Shown one piece after another: positions 29,165 through 37,939 of a stretch of DNA of 64,000 nucleotides (position 1 is its first letter; every line of letters begins with the position of its first letter). The notes beneath the pieces were generated by a model that saw only the letters and a program-made list of their open reading frames with translations, did no database searches and was not told where the DNA came from. Both the position numbers and the translations under genes were made by a program. The DNA comes from Anaerolineae bacterium (lineage in GTDB: Bacteria > Chloroflexota > Anaerolineae > Aggregatilineales > UBA3940): NCBI GenBank assembly GCA_034434995.1, contig DAOTYF010000043.1, forward strand, positions 18,306 to 82,305, read 5' to 3'.

Positions 29165-29189
29165 GAGTTTCAGGGAAGTTGCTTCCGCG

Positions 29190-31427
29190 TTATTCGGCGA
29201 TGTCTTCTACGAAGTCGAATAGCTCGGGATCGTACCAGTCGAGCGGATAGTCTAGCACGCGGGTGTTGTAGTAGCGCTCGATGATCCTTCGGAAGATTGG
29301 CGCTGCCACACTAGATCCCTGACCGCCATTCTCCACCATCACAACAACGGCGATCTCGGGGTTGTCATAGGGTGCGTAACCCGCAAACCAGGCGATTGGT
29401 GGCACACCTGGTTGGGATACCTGCGCCGTACCCGTCTTGCCTGCCACTGGGATCGTCATGCTGCCGAGGCGATACTCGGCTGTCCCGAAGCCGATGGCAG
29501 AGGCTACGCCGCGCATACCATCCCGTATCGCCTGAAGTTGCTCGTCGGTGAGCGATAATCGCCCCACTGTCCGAGGCTCAAACACCACCGAGGGATTTTC
29601 CCCAATCAGGCCGATATGGTCGACCAGATTGGGCTGGTAGATGGTTCCCCCGTTTGCCACTGCTGAGACCGCTACTGCCATCTGGAGCGGTGTTACCAGG
29701 ACATCACCCTGACCAATAGCCATGTTCACACTGTCATTGAGCGTCCATTCTTGACCGCGCTCTTGCCATAGCCAGTCCGGATCGGGAATCAGCCCGGCTT
29801 CTTCTTCGATCTGAATGCCCGTCTCACGACCGAAACCGTATTCACGCGCATAGTTCGGTAGGATGTTGAAGTCCTGCTGGCCGGTGATCAACCCCACGTG
29901 ATAGAAGTAAGGGTTGCAGGAACCTGTGAGCGCCTGGACCAGCGTGATTGTTCCGTGCCCCCCCTCTTTCCAGTCAAGTCTTTGGCTTGCTTGCCCCAGT
30001 TCTGACCAGATCCCGGTGCAGGTATATTCCGTTTCGGGTTGGAATAGGCCACTGCCCAGAGCAGCAGAGATGGTGACGATCTTGAACAATGAACCGGGGG
30101 GATATTCTCCTTGAGTAGCGCGGTTGAAGAAGGGGTGGCGGGGGTTGTTGAACAGATCACTAAGGTAGTTATCTGTCAGAAAGGGGTGGTTGTTATAGGG
30201 GTTAAGAACATTCGGGTCAAAGTAAGGAAAACTCGCCATGGCTAGGACATTGCCCGTGTTGACGTCCATGACCACCACGGCTGCGCCACCAGCCATGGGG
30301 GCCCAGGTGTTCGCTCCAGCGCGATAGGCTTCCTCTATCGCGTCCTGAACGATCGCCTGAAGATTGCGATCGAGCGTTGTGTAGATGCTCTGTGCAGGCT
30401 GAGCATCGCGCCGGGCGATCTCGCCGGAATACTGGCCGCTGGGCGTGTAAGCGCTCAGCGTACCACCACGCATCCCCGCCAGAAAGCTTTCTCCCCATAG
30501 CTCAAGCCCGCTGAGGCCGACGATCTCGTCACCCTGGTAGCCTCGCGCCTGGTAGGTTTCAAGTTGATCAGCGGGGATGAAACCGGTGTAGCCCAGCACA
30601 TGTGGCGCAAGCAGGTTGAAATAGCGGCGGCCTGTCTTATCGGTGAACCGCAGGGCAGGGTAGCTGCTGAGTGCATTCCAGTAAGCCTGCACCGTCTCGG
30701 AATCAGCGTCTCCAACCGCCTGTACCCAGTCATCGGGGTAGCCCTGGTAGTTCTGACGAATCTGATCTGGCGGAGTGCGTAGCACCTCGCTGAGCAGGTT
30801 CAGCATGTCGTCTTCCCAGTCTGGACTGACCTCACCCGGCACGACGCTGATTGTAACAGCAGAGGCATTGGCCGAAACAAGCCATAATCCATTGCGGTCA
30901 TAGATGTTGGCGCGCGCAGGTATCTCGACTTCAAGCTGGATCGTGTTACCGCCGGCTAGCTGGGGAAAGATGAGCGCAGGTGTCCAGACGATTCCCCAGC
31001 GATCGTTTGCCAGGACCAAGTTCATGGTGAGGTCCTGTTCAATTGGCCCCAGAACCTGTGTGTTGTAAGTCGCGTGGAATGCAATCTGGGCTGTCGTTCC
31101 GGTTGTGTCTGGAAGTGAGGATAGTGGCTCAGCCCGCACATCAATCAGCGTCATGGCAGTTGCTGTACTGGTATAGGTGCTCGTGAACTCATCGAGAGTA
31201 TATTCACTCTGGCTGTTAGCGGAGAGCAGACTATACATACCCTCGTAGTTGCCTATCCTCCAGGCATCCAGGAATGCTTGAGCCACACCATCAGGGGCGC
31301 CAAGGTTTGGGGTGGGGGTTGGCCCATTCGGAACACCGGGTTCGCCTGTGCTGCCGGAGGGGGGGAGCAGGCCGCAAGCGCTAAGCGTCACAGTGATCGC
31401 CGCAATAATAGCAAAGCGTTGTCTCAT
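29190..31427 (-). CDS. class B penicillin-binding protein (PBP2/FtsI-type transpeptidase), lipoprotein
   Basis: Start set at ATG 31427, giving MRQRFAIIAAITVTLSAC with an L-S-A-C lipobox; the ORF-track GTG is at 31448. Motifs SLFK (SxxK), SCN (SxN) and KTGTA are present. Confidence 0.85.
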   Translation of the reverse strand: MRQRFAIIAAITVTLSACGLLPPSGSTGEPGVPNGPTPTPNLGAPDGVAQAFLDAWRIGNYEGMYSLLSANSQSEYTLDEFTSTYTSTATAMTLIDVRAEPLSSLPDTTGTTAQIAFHATYNTQVLGPIEQDLTMNLVLANDRWGIVWTPALIFPQLAGGNTIQLEVEIPARANIYDRNGLWLVSANASAVTISVVPGEVSPDWEDDMLNLLSEVLRTPPDQIRQNYQGYPDDWVQAVGDADSETVQAYWNALSSYPALRFTDKTGRRYFNLLAPHVLGYTGFIPADQLETYQARGYQGDEIVGLSGLELWGESFLAGMRGGTLSAYTPSGQYSGEIARRDAQPAQSIYTTLDRNLQAIVQDAIEEAYRAGANTWAPMAGGAAVVVMDVNTGNVLAMASFPYFDPNVLNPYNNHPFLTDNYLSDLFNNPRHPFFNRATQGEYPPGSLFKIVTISAALGSGLFQPETEYTCTGIWSELGQASQRLDWKEGGHGTITLVQALTGSCNPYFYHVGLITGQQDFNILPNYAREYGFGRETGIQIEEEAGLIPDPDWLWQERGQEWTLNDSVNMAIGQGDVLVTPLQMAVAVSAVANGGTIYQPNLVDHIGLIGENPSVVFEPRTVGRLSLTDEQLQAIRDGMRGVASAIGFGTAEYRLGSMTIPVAGKTGTAQVSQPGVPPIAWFAGYAPYDNPEIAVVVMVENGGQGSSVAAPIFRRIIERYYNTRVLDYPLDWYDPELFDFVEDIAE

Positions 31428-31616
31428 GTTGTCATTTTCCATCCGCACACAATAGCAGGGGCCGGCGAGTTGTAACTACCGGCCCCTCACAGTCTCGGTG
31501 TGCTCAAATTATAGCTTGAGCCGCAACTTACAACAATGAACGCGAGGAATGGCAGTGATATAGAAATCCAAGCACAGGTTTTAGCCCCGCTTTCATCTTT
31601 TCTCGCCGGGCCAATG

Positions 31617-31646
31617 GTTGGCCCCAATAAGGGCGCATGTTAAAAT
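31617..31646 (+). promoter_or_regulatory. possible promoter for the epimerase gene at 31682
   Basis: TTGGCC at 31617-31622, an 18-nt spacer, and TAAAAT at 31641-31646. A GGAGA RBS precedes ATG 31682. Confidence 0.3.
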
Positions 31647-31681
31647 CTCATCCTCAGTTCGCCCGTCAATGGAGAAATGCC

Positions 31682-32752
31682 ATGCCCCACCTCCTGGTGA
31701 CCGGCGGTGCCGGTTTCATCGGAAGCCACACAGTACGCCGATTCCTGGATCGCGGTTGGAGCGTCACCGCGCTGGATAACCTCTCCCGTGTTGGCTCGGA
31801 TTTCAATCTCGGCTGGATACGCAGCCATCCAGGCAGTGACCGCCTGACGTTCGTACAAGCGGATGTGCGCGATTATGAAGCGCTTGCGCCTTGGGTTGCC
31901 CGAGCGGATGTGGTGCTTCATGCGGCGGGCCAGACTGCTGTCACATCCTCGGTAGCCGATCCGCGCCATGACTTGGAAGCGAATGTGCTGGGGACATTCA
32001 ACGTGCTGGAGGCAGCCCGTCAGAGCCGCACCCAGACCCAGAATCCTCTGCTTATCTACACCTCAACTAACAAGGTTTACGGTGGCATGGAGGATGTGGG
32101 GGTCAAGTTGGTGGACAGGCGTTATCGATATACCGATCTGCCGGATGGCGTCGCGGAAAGCCAGCTCCTTGACTTTCATTCTCCCTACGGCTGCTCAAAA
32201 GGAGCAGGCGACCAGTATATGCGTGACTACGCCCGCATCTATGGGCTACGAACGGTTGTATTCCGGCAATCGTGCATCTATGGGACATGGCAGTTCGGCA
32301 TTGAGGATCAGGGATGGGTGGCACACTTCACCATCTCGGCGGTGCTTGACCAGCCGCTGACCATCTACGGTGATGGCATGCAGGTACGCGATGTGCTGTA
32401 CATTGACGATCTCCTCGACGCTTATGAAGCAGTGATTGCGAAGCCAGAGGTGGCCACCGGGCAGATTTTTAACATTGGCGGGGGGGTAGAGCGGGCAATT
32501 TCACTCCTCGACTTGGTTGAGATGCTAGAAGCGTTACGTGGTAGCCCGATGCAGATCGCCTATGATGGCTGGCGGCCAGGGGATCAGCGGGTGTATGTCA
32601 GCCACATTGGGAAGGCCGAACGCCTGCTGGGCTGGCGACCTCGTGTGACGGCGGAAGAAGGGGTGCGCCGTCTCTATGGGTGGGCACAGGGGCATCGGGA
32701 CCTTCTGATCGCTGCGCGCACGCAGCTCTTGGAGAAGGTTGCTCACAACTGA
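31682..32752 (+). CDS. NAD-dependent epimerase (extended SDR; CDP-paratose/tyvelose 2-epimerase-like)
   Basis: MPHLLVTGGAGFIGSH at the N-terminus. SPYGCSKGAGDQYMRDYARIYGL contains YxxxK. ATG 31682 has a GGAGA RBS, whereas ATG 31637 overlaps the putative -10. Confidence 0.8.
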   Translation: MPHLLVTGGAGFIGSHTVRRFLDRGWSVTALDNLSRVGSDFNLGWIRSHPGSDRLTFVQADVRDYEALAPWVARADVVLHAAGQTAVTSSVADPRHDLEANVLGTFNVLEAARQSRTQTQNPLLIYTSTNKVYGGMEDVGVKLVDRRYRYTDLPDGVAESQLLDFHSPYGCSKGAGDQYMRDYARIYGLRTVVFRQSCIYGTWQFGIEDQGWVAHFTISAVLDQPLTIYGDGMQVRDVLYIDDLLDAYEAVIAKPEVATGQIFNIGGGVERAISLLDLVEMLEALRGSPMQIAYDGWRPGDQRVYVSHIGKAERLLGWRPRVTAEEGVRRLYGWAQGHRDLLIAARTQLLEKVAHN

Positions 32753-32760
32753 AGTGTATA

Positions 32761-34107
32761 ATGGCTGAGCCTGCTGCGATTCTGACCATCGAGGCTGCCA
32801 GCCCTGGTGGGGTCCCCGCTCTGGTGGATGCCATCTATGTCCTGATGAAAACATGGGGGTATGAGCCGACGGTTTATCGGGCGCAGTTCGCGGAGGGGAA
32901 TTTATCTCTCCCTCAACGCATTGCAACCACCCTTCGGCAATGGAAGGCCCGTCGGGTCGAGGAACGGGGGCTACCCACCGTACTAGTCCCCGCCCCACCG
33001 GTTCCACTGTGGCTGTTTTACGCCGTGCCGCATTTTCTGTTGGGCAATCTGCTCGGAGCATATGAATGCATCTTTGTGGCATCAGGGAGCGCGCATGTGG
33101 CGCTGCCGTTGGCGTTGCGAGGTATTCCCTATGTCCTCTGGATCGCCACGCTCTACGAGGACGAGCTACGCGCGAAAATGAGCGCGGGGGATAAGTGGGC
33201 GCAGCGCGTTCTGAACAGCCCAACTTGGCCGATCCTGCAGGCGCAGGAACGTTGGGTGCTGAACAAGGCAGCCCGTATCATGGCTCTCAGCCCGCACACT
33301 GCCGCCCGCATCCGGGAATGGTTGCCTAACGTTGCCGATCGCGTTGAGACCGTCTTATATCCGGTCGACACGACGCGCTTCCACCCGCACCACGAAGCCC
33401 ATTCCGTGGCCGCTGAGGGAGAATACCTGTTATTGGCAGCGCGGATCACCGATCCTCGTAAGAATGTGCCGCTACTTTTGCGAGCCTTCGCGCTCGTTAA
33501 GCAACAGCGACCCCACCTGCGCTTGGTGCTGGTTGGGGAAGCTCCCGACGATCATCTTCTTTCGTTGGTGGCTGCTCTCTCTCTCGAGGAGGCGGTTATC
33601 TTCCGGGGGGTTGTGCCCCCCGATGAACTGCTCCGGTTATATCAGGGCGCAGCGCTGTTCGTCCTCCCATCCGCGCAAGAGGGTCTGGGGATCGTTGTGC
33701 TGGAGGCCCTGGCGTGTGGGACACCGGTCGTCACGCTGGCCTCCGGCGGCCCGGAGGGGATAGTTATTGATGGCCTCACTGGACGTGTGGTTGTTGAGGT
33801 GGATGATCCCGCGGCGTTGGCTCAGGGCATCCTCGATCTGCTAGATGACCCGGATCGACCTGCGATGCGCGCACGGTGTGCAGCCTTTGCCCAAGAGCAC
33901 TTTGCCTATCCCCTGATCGCAGAGAAGCTGCGTGCAGCCTATGAGGCAGTGCGGAACGCGCCACGTGGTCTATCGAGGATCGGTCAAGTCATCACCGCAG
34001 TCTGGGTCATGTTTGTGCTGGCCACTTATGTTCTGCGCCAGATGACGCTTCACTGGGCATCCATCCAACAGCGGATCATCGATCCGCTGCTCGGCGGCGT
34101 TCCATGA
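32761..34107 (+). CDS. glycosyltransferase family 1 (GT4-type) with C-terminal hydrophobic segment
   Basis: Start trimmed to ATG 32761. LPSAQEGLGIVVLEALACGTPVVTLASGG is present. The C-terminal segment IGQVITAVWVMFVLATYVL is hydrophobic. Confidence 0.85.
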   Translation: MAEPAAILTIEAASPGGVPALVDAIYVLMKTWGYEPTVYRAQFAEGNLSLPQRIATTLRQWKARRVEERGLPTVLVPAPPVPLWLFYAVPHFLLGNLLGAYECIFVASGSAHVALPLALRGIPYVLWIATLYEDELRAKMSAGDKWAQRVLNSPTWPILQAQERWVLNKAARIMALSPHTAARIREWLPNVADRVETVLYPVDTTRFHPHHEAHSVAAEGEYLLLAARITDPRKNVPLLLRAFALVKQQRPHLRLVLVGEAPDDHLLSLVAALSLEEAVIFRGVVPPDELLRLYQGAALFVLPSAQEGLGIVVLEALACGTPVVTLASGGPEGIVIDGLTGRVVVEVDDPAALAQGILDLLDDPDRPAMRARCAAFAQEHFAYPLIAEKLRAAYEAVRNAPRGLSRIGQVITAVWVMFVLATYVLRQMTLHWASIQQRIIDPLLGGVP

Positions 34108-34137
34108 ACAACTGTTAGCTGAAAGTGCGGGAAATCC

Positions 34138-36021
34138 ATGTGCGGGATCTGGGGTGTGGTGAATCTGGCGGATGAACAGGTTGCGGAGATCGCAGCTCAG
34201 GCGATGCACCATCGTGGGCCGGATGATCACGGTTGCATCATCCTGCGGGAGCCTGTGCCGATTTCGCTGGTCAACACGCGGCTGGCAATCATCGATCTTT
34301 CTCCAGCAGGCCACCAGCCAATGACCAACGAGGATGGTCGGTTCTGGATCGTGTACAACGGAGAGATGTACAGCTTCGAGCCGCTGCGCCGGGTTCTTGA
34401 GGAGGCCGGACATCGTTTTAACTCGCACTCCGATACGGAGGTGATCCTCCATGCCTATGAGGAGTGGGGCGAGCGGTGCCTGGAACACTTCCGGGGAATG
34501 TTTGCCTTTGCGATTTGGGATTGCAAGGAAGCAAAGCTGTTTGCAGCCCGCGACCGGCTGGGAATCAAACCGCTGTACTACACATTGCGGGATAGACCTG
34601 GCGGCAAGCAACTTGCCTTCGCGTCGGAACTCAAAGCGCTGCTGGCGACGGAGATGGCTGATCCAGCGCTGAATCTCCCCGCTATTCACCATTACCTCTC
34701 TTTTTATAGTGTGCCCACGCCTTACTCGATGTTAGCAGAAGTGGAAGCATTGCTGCCCGGTCACTATCTGACCTACCAGGATGGCACGCTGGCGGTCAAG
34801 CAGTACTGGAGTGTGCCTGTGTCTGAGCCACTATCTCTGAGCGAGGGCGAAATCCAACAGCAGCTTAGGGCACTGTTGGAAGAATCGATCCGGCTACGGA
34901 TGATCGCCGATGTGCCAGTGGGTGCATTCCTTTCGGGTGGGATTGACTCTAGTGCAGTGGTCGCGCTAATGACCCGGATCAGTGGGGAGCGGTTAAAGAC
35001 GTTTTCGATTGGTTTTGGTGAGGAGGGCCGAACCATTGACGAACGTTCAACGGCGCGGGTGCTGGCCGATCACTACGGAACTGATCACACTGAGGTGATC
35101 GTCAGCGGGCGAGATGTGCGCGAGCAGATCAGTGAGATCATCCGGGCGATGGATCAGCCCAGCGGGGATGGCCTGAACACCTACTTTGTCTCACGGGCAA
35201 CGGCCCAACATGTCAAGGTAGCGCTTTCCGGGCTAGGAGGCGATGAGTTGTTCGCTGGGTATCCGCAGTTCAGGATGTTCCAGCAGGCTGAGCGCGTCAG
35301 TAGGGTCTGGCAGAGGTTGCCCCAGGTAGTGCAGGCAGCAGCCAGGGGGGCAGGCTCTATGTCTGCACCGGTACGTCGGGCGCTCACATGGCTGGATGGG
35401 ACCGCTCCGAAGCGATACGAGCGGGTGCGTGTCCTGTTCAGCGAGGAGGCCAAACAGACGCTCTATACACCGAGGGCAATGCAGATCATGTCCGCGCCAG
35501 AAAGCTCGCTAGATGTCCTGGGCCGCTACCTTCACCCAATAGAGACCGACGCGCTCGCCCAGCTCACGCGGCTGGAGCTGAGGCACTATATGGCCCACAC
35601 CCTGTTGCGCGATACCGATGCTATGAGCATGGCTCACTCCCTGGAAGTGCGTGTCCCCTTGATCGATCACAAGGTTGTCGAGTTCGCAGTGTGCATCCCA
35701 CCAGAGCTTAAACTGCGTGGAGGGCGCAGCAAATGGATCTTCGCTCAGGTGATGCGTGATGTTCTACCTGCTGAAGTATTGAATCGTCCCAAGCGTGGAT
35801 TTGAGATGCCGGTTGCCTCATGGATGCGGAATGAACTCCGCGACGTAGTAGAGGAGACGCTCTCCCGCGAGTCAGTGGAGCGGCGGGGACTCTTCCACTA
35901 TGGGGTCATACAGCAGCTTTACCAGGATTTCCTCGCCGGACGAGGGTCCTATCTGAGGGTGTGGGCGCTGGTGGCATTGGAACTGTGGATGCGCCAATTT
36001 GTGGACGGGAAGATGCAATAA
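34138..36021 (+). CDS. asparagine synthase family glutamine amidotransferase (AsnB-like), copy 2
   Basis: MCGIWGVV at the N-terminus and VGAFLSGGIDSS PP-loop. 627 aa. Confidence 0.9.
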   Translation: MCGIWGVVNLADEQVAEIAAQAMHHRGPDDHGCIILREPVPISLVNTRLAIIDLSPAGHQPMTNEDGRFWIVYNGEMYSFEPLRRVLEEAGHRFNSHSDTEVILHAYEEWGERCLEHFRGMFAFAIWDCKEAKLFAARDRLGIKPLYYTLRDRPGGKQLAFASELKALLATEMADPALNLPAIHHYLSFYSVPTPYSMLAEVEALLPGHYLTYQDGTLAVKQYWSVPVSEPLSLSEGEIQQQLRALLEESIRLRMIADVPVGAFLSGGIDSSAVVALMTRISGERLKTFSIGFGEEGRTIDERSTARVLADHYGTDHTEVIVSGRDVREQISEIIRAMDQPSGDGLNTYFVSRATAQHVKVALSGLGGDELFAGYPQFRMFQQAERVSRVWQRLPQVVQAAARGAGSMSAPVRRALTWLDGTAPKRYERVRVLFSEEAKQTLYTPRAMQIMSAPESSLDVLGRYLHPIETDALAQLTRLELRHYMAHTLLRDTDAMSMAHSLEVRVPLIDHKVVEFAVCIPPELKLRGGRSKWIFAQVMRDVLPAEVLNRPKRGFEMPVASWMRNELRDVVEETLSRESVERRGLFHYGVIQQLYQDFLAGRGSYLRVWALVALELWMRQFVDGKMQ

Positions 36022-36989
36022 TGGTGGCAGCCGAGTACCGACCCCTGGTTAGCATCATTATCCCTACCTGCAATGAGGAGAAGGACATCGCTCGGACGAT
36101 GTCCGCGCTGGCAGCCTTCACCTACCGTCCGCTGGAAGTGATCGTGGTAGATGCCTCTCAGGATCGCACGCCGGAGATTGTGAGGAGCTTCATCGGGCAC
36201 GTGCCCGGCCTGCGGATTGTATCACAGGGGAACAAGCCAGGGGTCTCCGTCGCCCGAAACGTGGGCCTGCGTGAGGCTAAGGGGGAGATCGTTGTCATTC
36301 TCAACGCCGACGTGTTCCCTGACCCCGATTTTATAGATCGGATCCTGCCACACTATCGTGAGGGCGCGGACTATCTTCTGGTGCAGTCCCAGGTTGCCAA
36401 CATCCATGAAGGGGTGTTTCCGCGCTTCATTCAGGCGCAGCACATGTACAAGATGGAACACTACTTCGAGCAGGAGGCTCATTGGACGGAGGGCTTCTCC
36501 TGTCGCCGCGAGGCCGCCCTGGCGGTTGGGGGGTTCCCGGAGGAATTCGGGCGGAATAGTGCCGGGGAAGATGTGATCTTCGGTGAACGGCTGGCAGCCA
36601 GTTACAGGCGAGTGGTGGACCTCTCGATTGTGGTGAAGCATGTTATGCCCACTACCTTTCCTGAATACTGGCGACAGCGCTTCGGCAGAGGACGGGGTGG
36701 TGCATATCGCCTGTATGCCTTTGAAAAGCGCCCGATGCGCTGGGGGGCGATCCTCTGGTCGGTGCTTGGCACGCTGGCGTTTATGATGACCCTTTTCCCG
36801 GTCGTGCGGTATGCAGGTTGGCTGACAGCTTATTCACCACGCGGGCGGCGCGACTGGCTGCCCTTTACGTGGGCGCGGATCATCGAGTTAGTGACACGGG
36901 CGCTAGGCTATCTGGATGGTTGCCTAGATATTGCCCATGAGCGGCGAGAGGTAGCGGCGCAGCAGGAGAGGACGGCTATCCTTGAGTGA
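36021..36989 (+). CDS. glycosyltransferase family 2, tandem paralog A
   Basis: TAATG overlap with the AsnB stop. VSIIIPTCNEE and EVIVVDASQDRT are present, plus a C-terminal TM region. Confidence 0.85.
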   Translation: MVAAEYRPLVSIIIPTCNEEKDIARTMSALAAFTYRPLEVIVVDASQDRTPEIVRSFIGHVPGLRIVSQGNKPGVSVARNVGLREAKGEIVVILNADVFPDPDFIDRILPHYREGADYLLVQSQVANIHEGVFPRFIQAQHMYKMEHYFEQEAHWTEGFSCRREAALAVGGFPEEFGRNSAGEDVIFGERLAASYRRVVDLSIVVKHVMPTTFPEYWRQRFGRGRGGAYRLYAFEKRPMRWGAILWSVLGTLAFMMTLFPVVRYAGWLTAYSPRGRRDWLPFTWARIIELVTRALGYLDGCLDIAHERREVAAQQERTAILE

Positions 36990-37920
36990 GGACAACCTCC
37001 CGCTGGTGACGATCATCGTCCCGACATACAACGAGGAGATAGACATCGGGCGGACGATGGATGCCCTGGCAGCCTTGGATTACCCCCTGCTCGAGGTTGT
37101 CGTGGTGGACGATGCATCGGAAGATCGCACGCTGGACATTGTGCAGCAGTACAAGGGGCGCATCCCCAACCTGCGTATCTTGCCCCAACCGATCAACCGT
37201 GGAGTGGCCGCTGCGCGGAATGTTGGCCTCCGGGAGGCGCAGGGAGAAATCACAGTCATCCTCAACGCCGACGTGTGCCCGGGATCGGACTTCGTGCGGC
37301 GGATCGTGCCCCACTACCAATACAGCGATACGGACTATCTGGTAGTTGACGCACGGGTGATCAACGATGAGACGATCTACGCACGCTATGTGCAGGCGCG
37401 ACACGTCCATGATCAGAAGACAGTCGATATCAGCACCATTCACTGGACAGAGGGTTTCAGTTGCCGGCGCGATGTGGCGCTGGCCGTGGGAGGCTTCCCG
37501 GAAGAATTCCCGGGCGCGTCGGGTGAAGATGCCGTGTTTACTGAAGCGCTGGCTGCGGCGGGTTACCATCGCGGGTTGGACTTCAGCATCGTCGTGCCTC
37601 ACATCGCCCCAGCTACCCTGCGTGAGTTCTGGAAACAGCGCCTTGGCCGGGGACGGGGTGGTGCATACCGCCTGTTTGCCTATGAGAAGCGTCCCCTGCG
37701 TAGGTGGCGAGTGCTGCTATCTATCGTAGGGACCCTGATGCTGGTGGCGCTTCTGGTTCCGGCGCTGCGTTATGCCTGGGAACTTAAGGAGTTTTCACCC
37801 GGCGGCAAGGGTGATTGGCTGGGGCTGGCATGGGCACACACCGTTGATCGGGTGGCAGTAGCTCTCGGCTACTGGCGGGGAGTCCGGGAGATCGCTCGCT
37901 CTAACCCGATCAAGGGCTAG
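36982..37920 (+). CDS. glycosyltransferase family 2, tandem paralog B
   Basis: TTG start with an 8-nt overlap. VTIIVPTYNEE and EVVVVDDASEDRT are present. By eye it is about half identical to the preceding gene, e.g. the shared block GRGRGGAYRL(Y/F)A(F/Y)EKRP. Confidence 0.8.
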   Translation: MSEDNLPLVTIIVPTYNEEIDIGRTMDALAALDYPLLEVVVVDDASEDRTLDIVQQYKGRIPNLRILPQPINRGVAAARNVGLREAQGEITVILNADVCPGSDFVRRIVPHYQYSDTDYLVVDARVINDETIYARYVQARHVHDQKTVDISTIHWTEGFSCRRDVALAVGGFPEEFPGASGEDAVFTEALAAAGYHRGLDFSIVVPHIAPATLREFWKQRLGRGRGGAYRLFAYEKRPLRRWRVLLSIVGTLMLVALLVPALRYAWELKEFSPGGKGDWLGLAWAHTVDRVAVALGYWRGVREIARSNPIKG

Positions 37921-37939
37921 CCCCACAGATGCCAGGCCA

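Noticed and set aside
29165-29189. Short convergent gaps considered as bidirectional terminators: 20522-20545, 29165-29189, 56177-56179 and 62447-62467.
   Set aside because: Only a weak 5-bp stem (GGAAG-TTG-CTTCC at 29174-29186) is visible and there are no U-tracts. The evidence is insufficient to call terminators.
31608-31624. A 7-bp palindrome, GGGCCAA-TGG-TTGGCCC, considered as a possible operator or small RNA element.
   Set aside because: It is short, overlaps the putative -35 of the epimerase promoter, and has no supporting repeats. It cannot be distinguished from chance.
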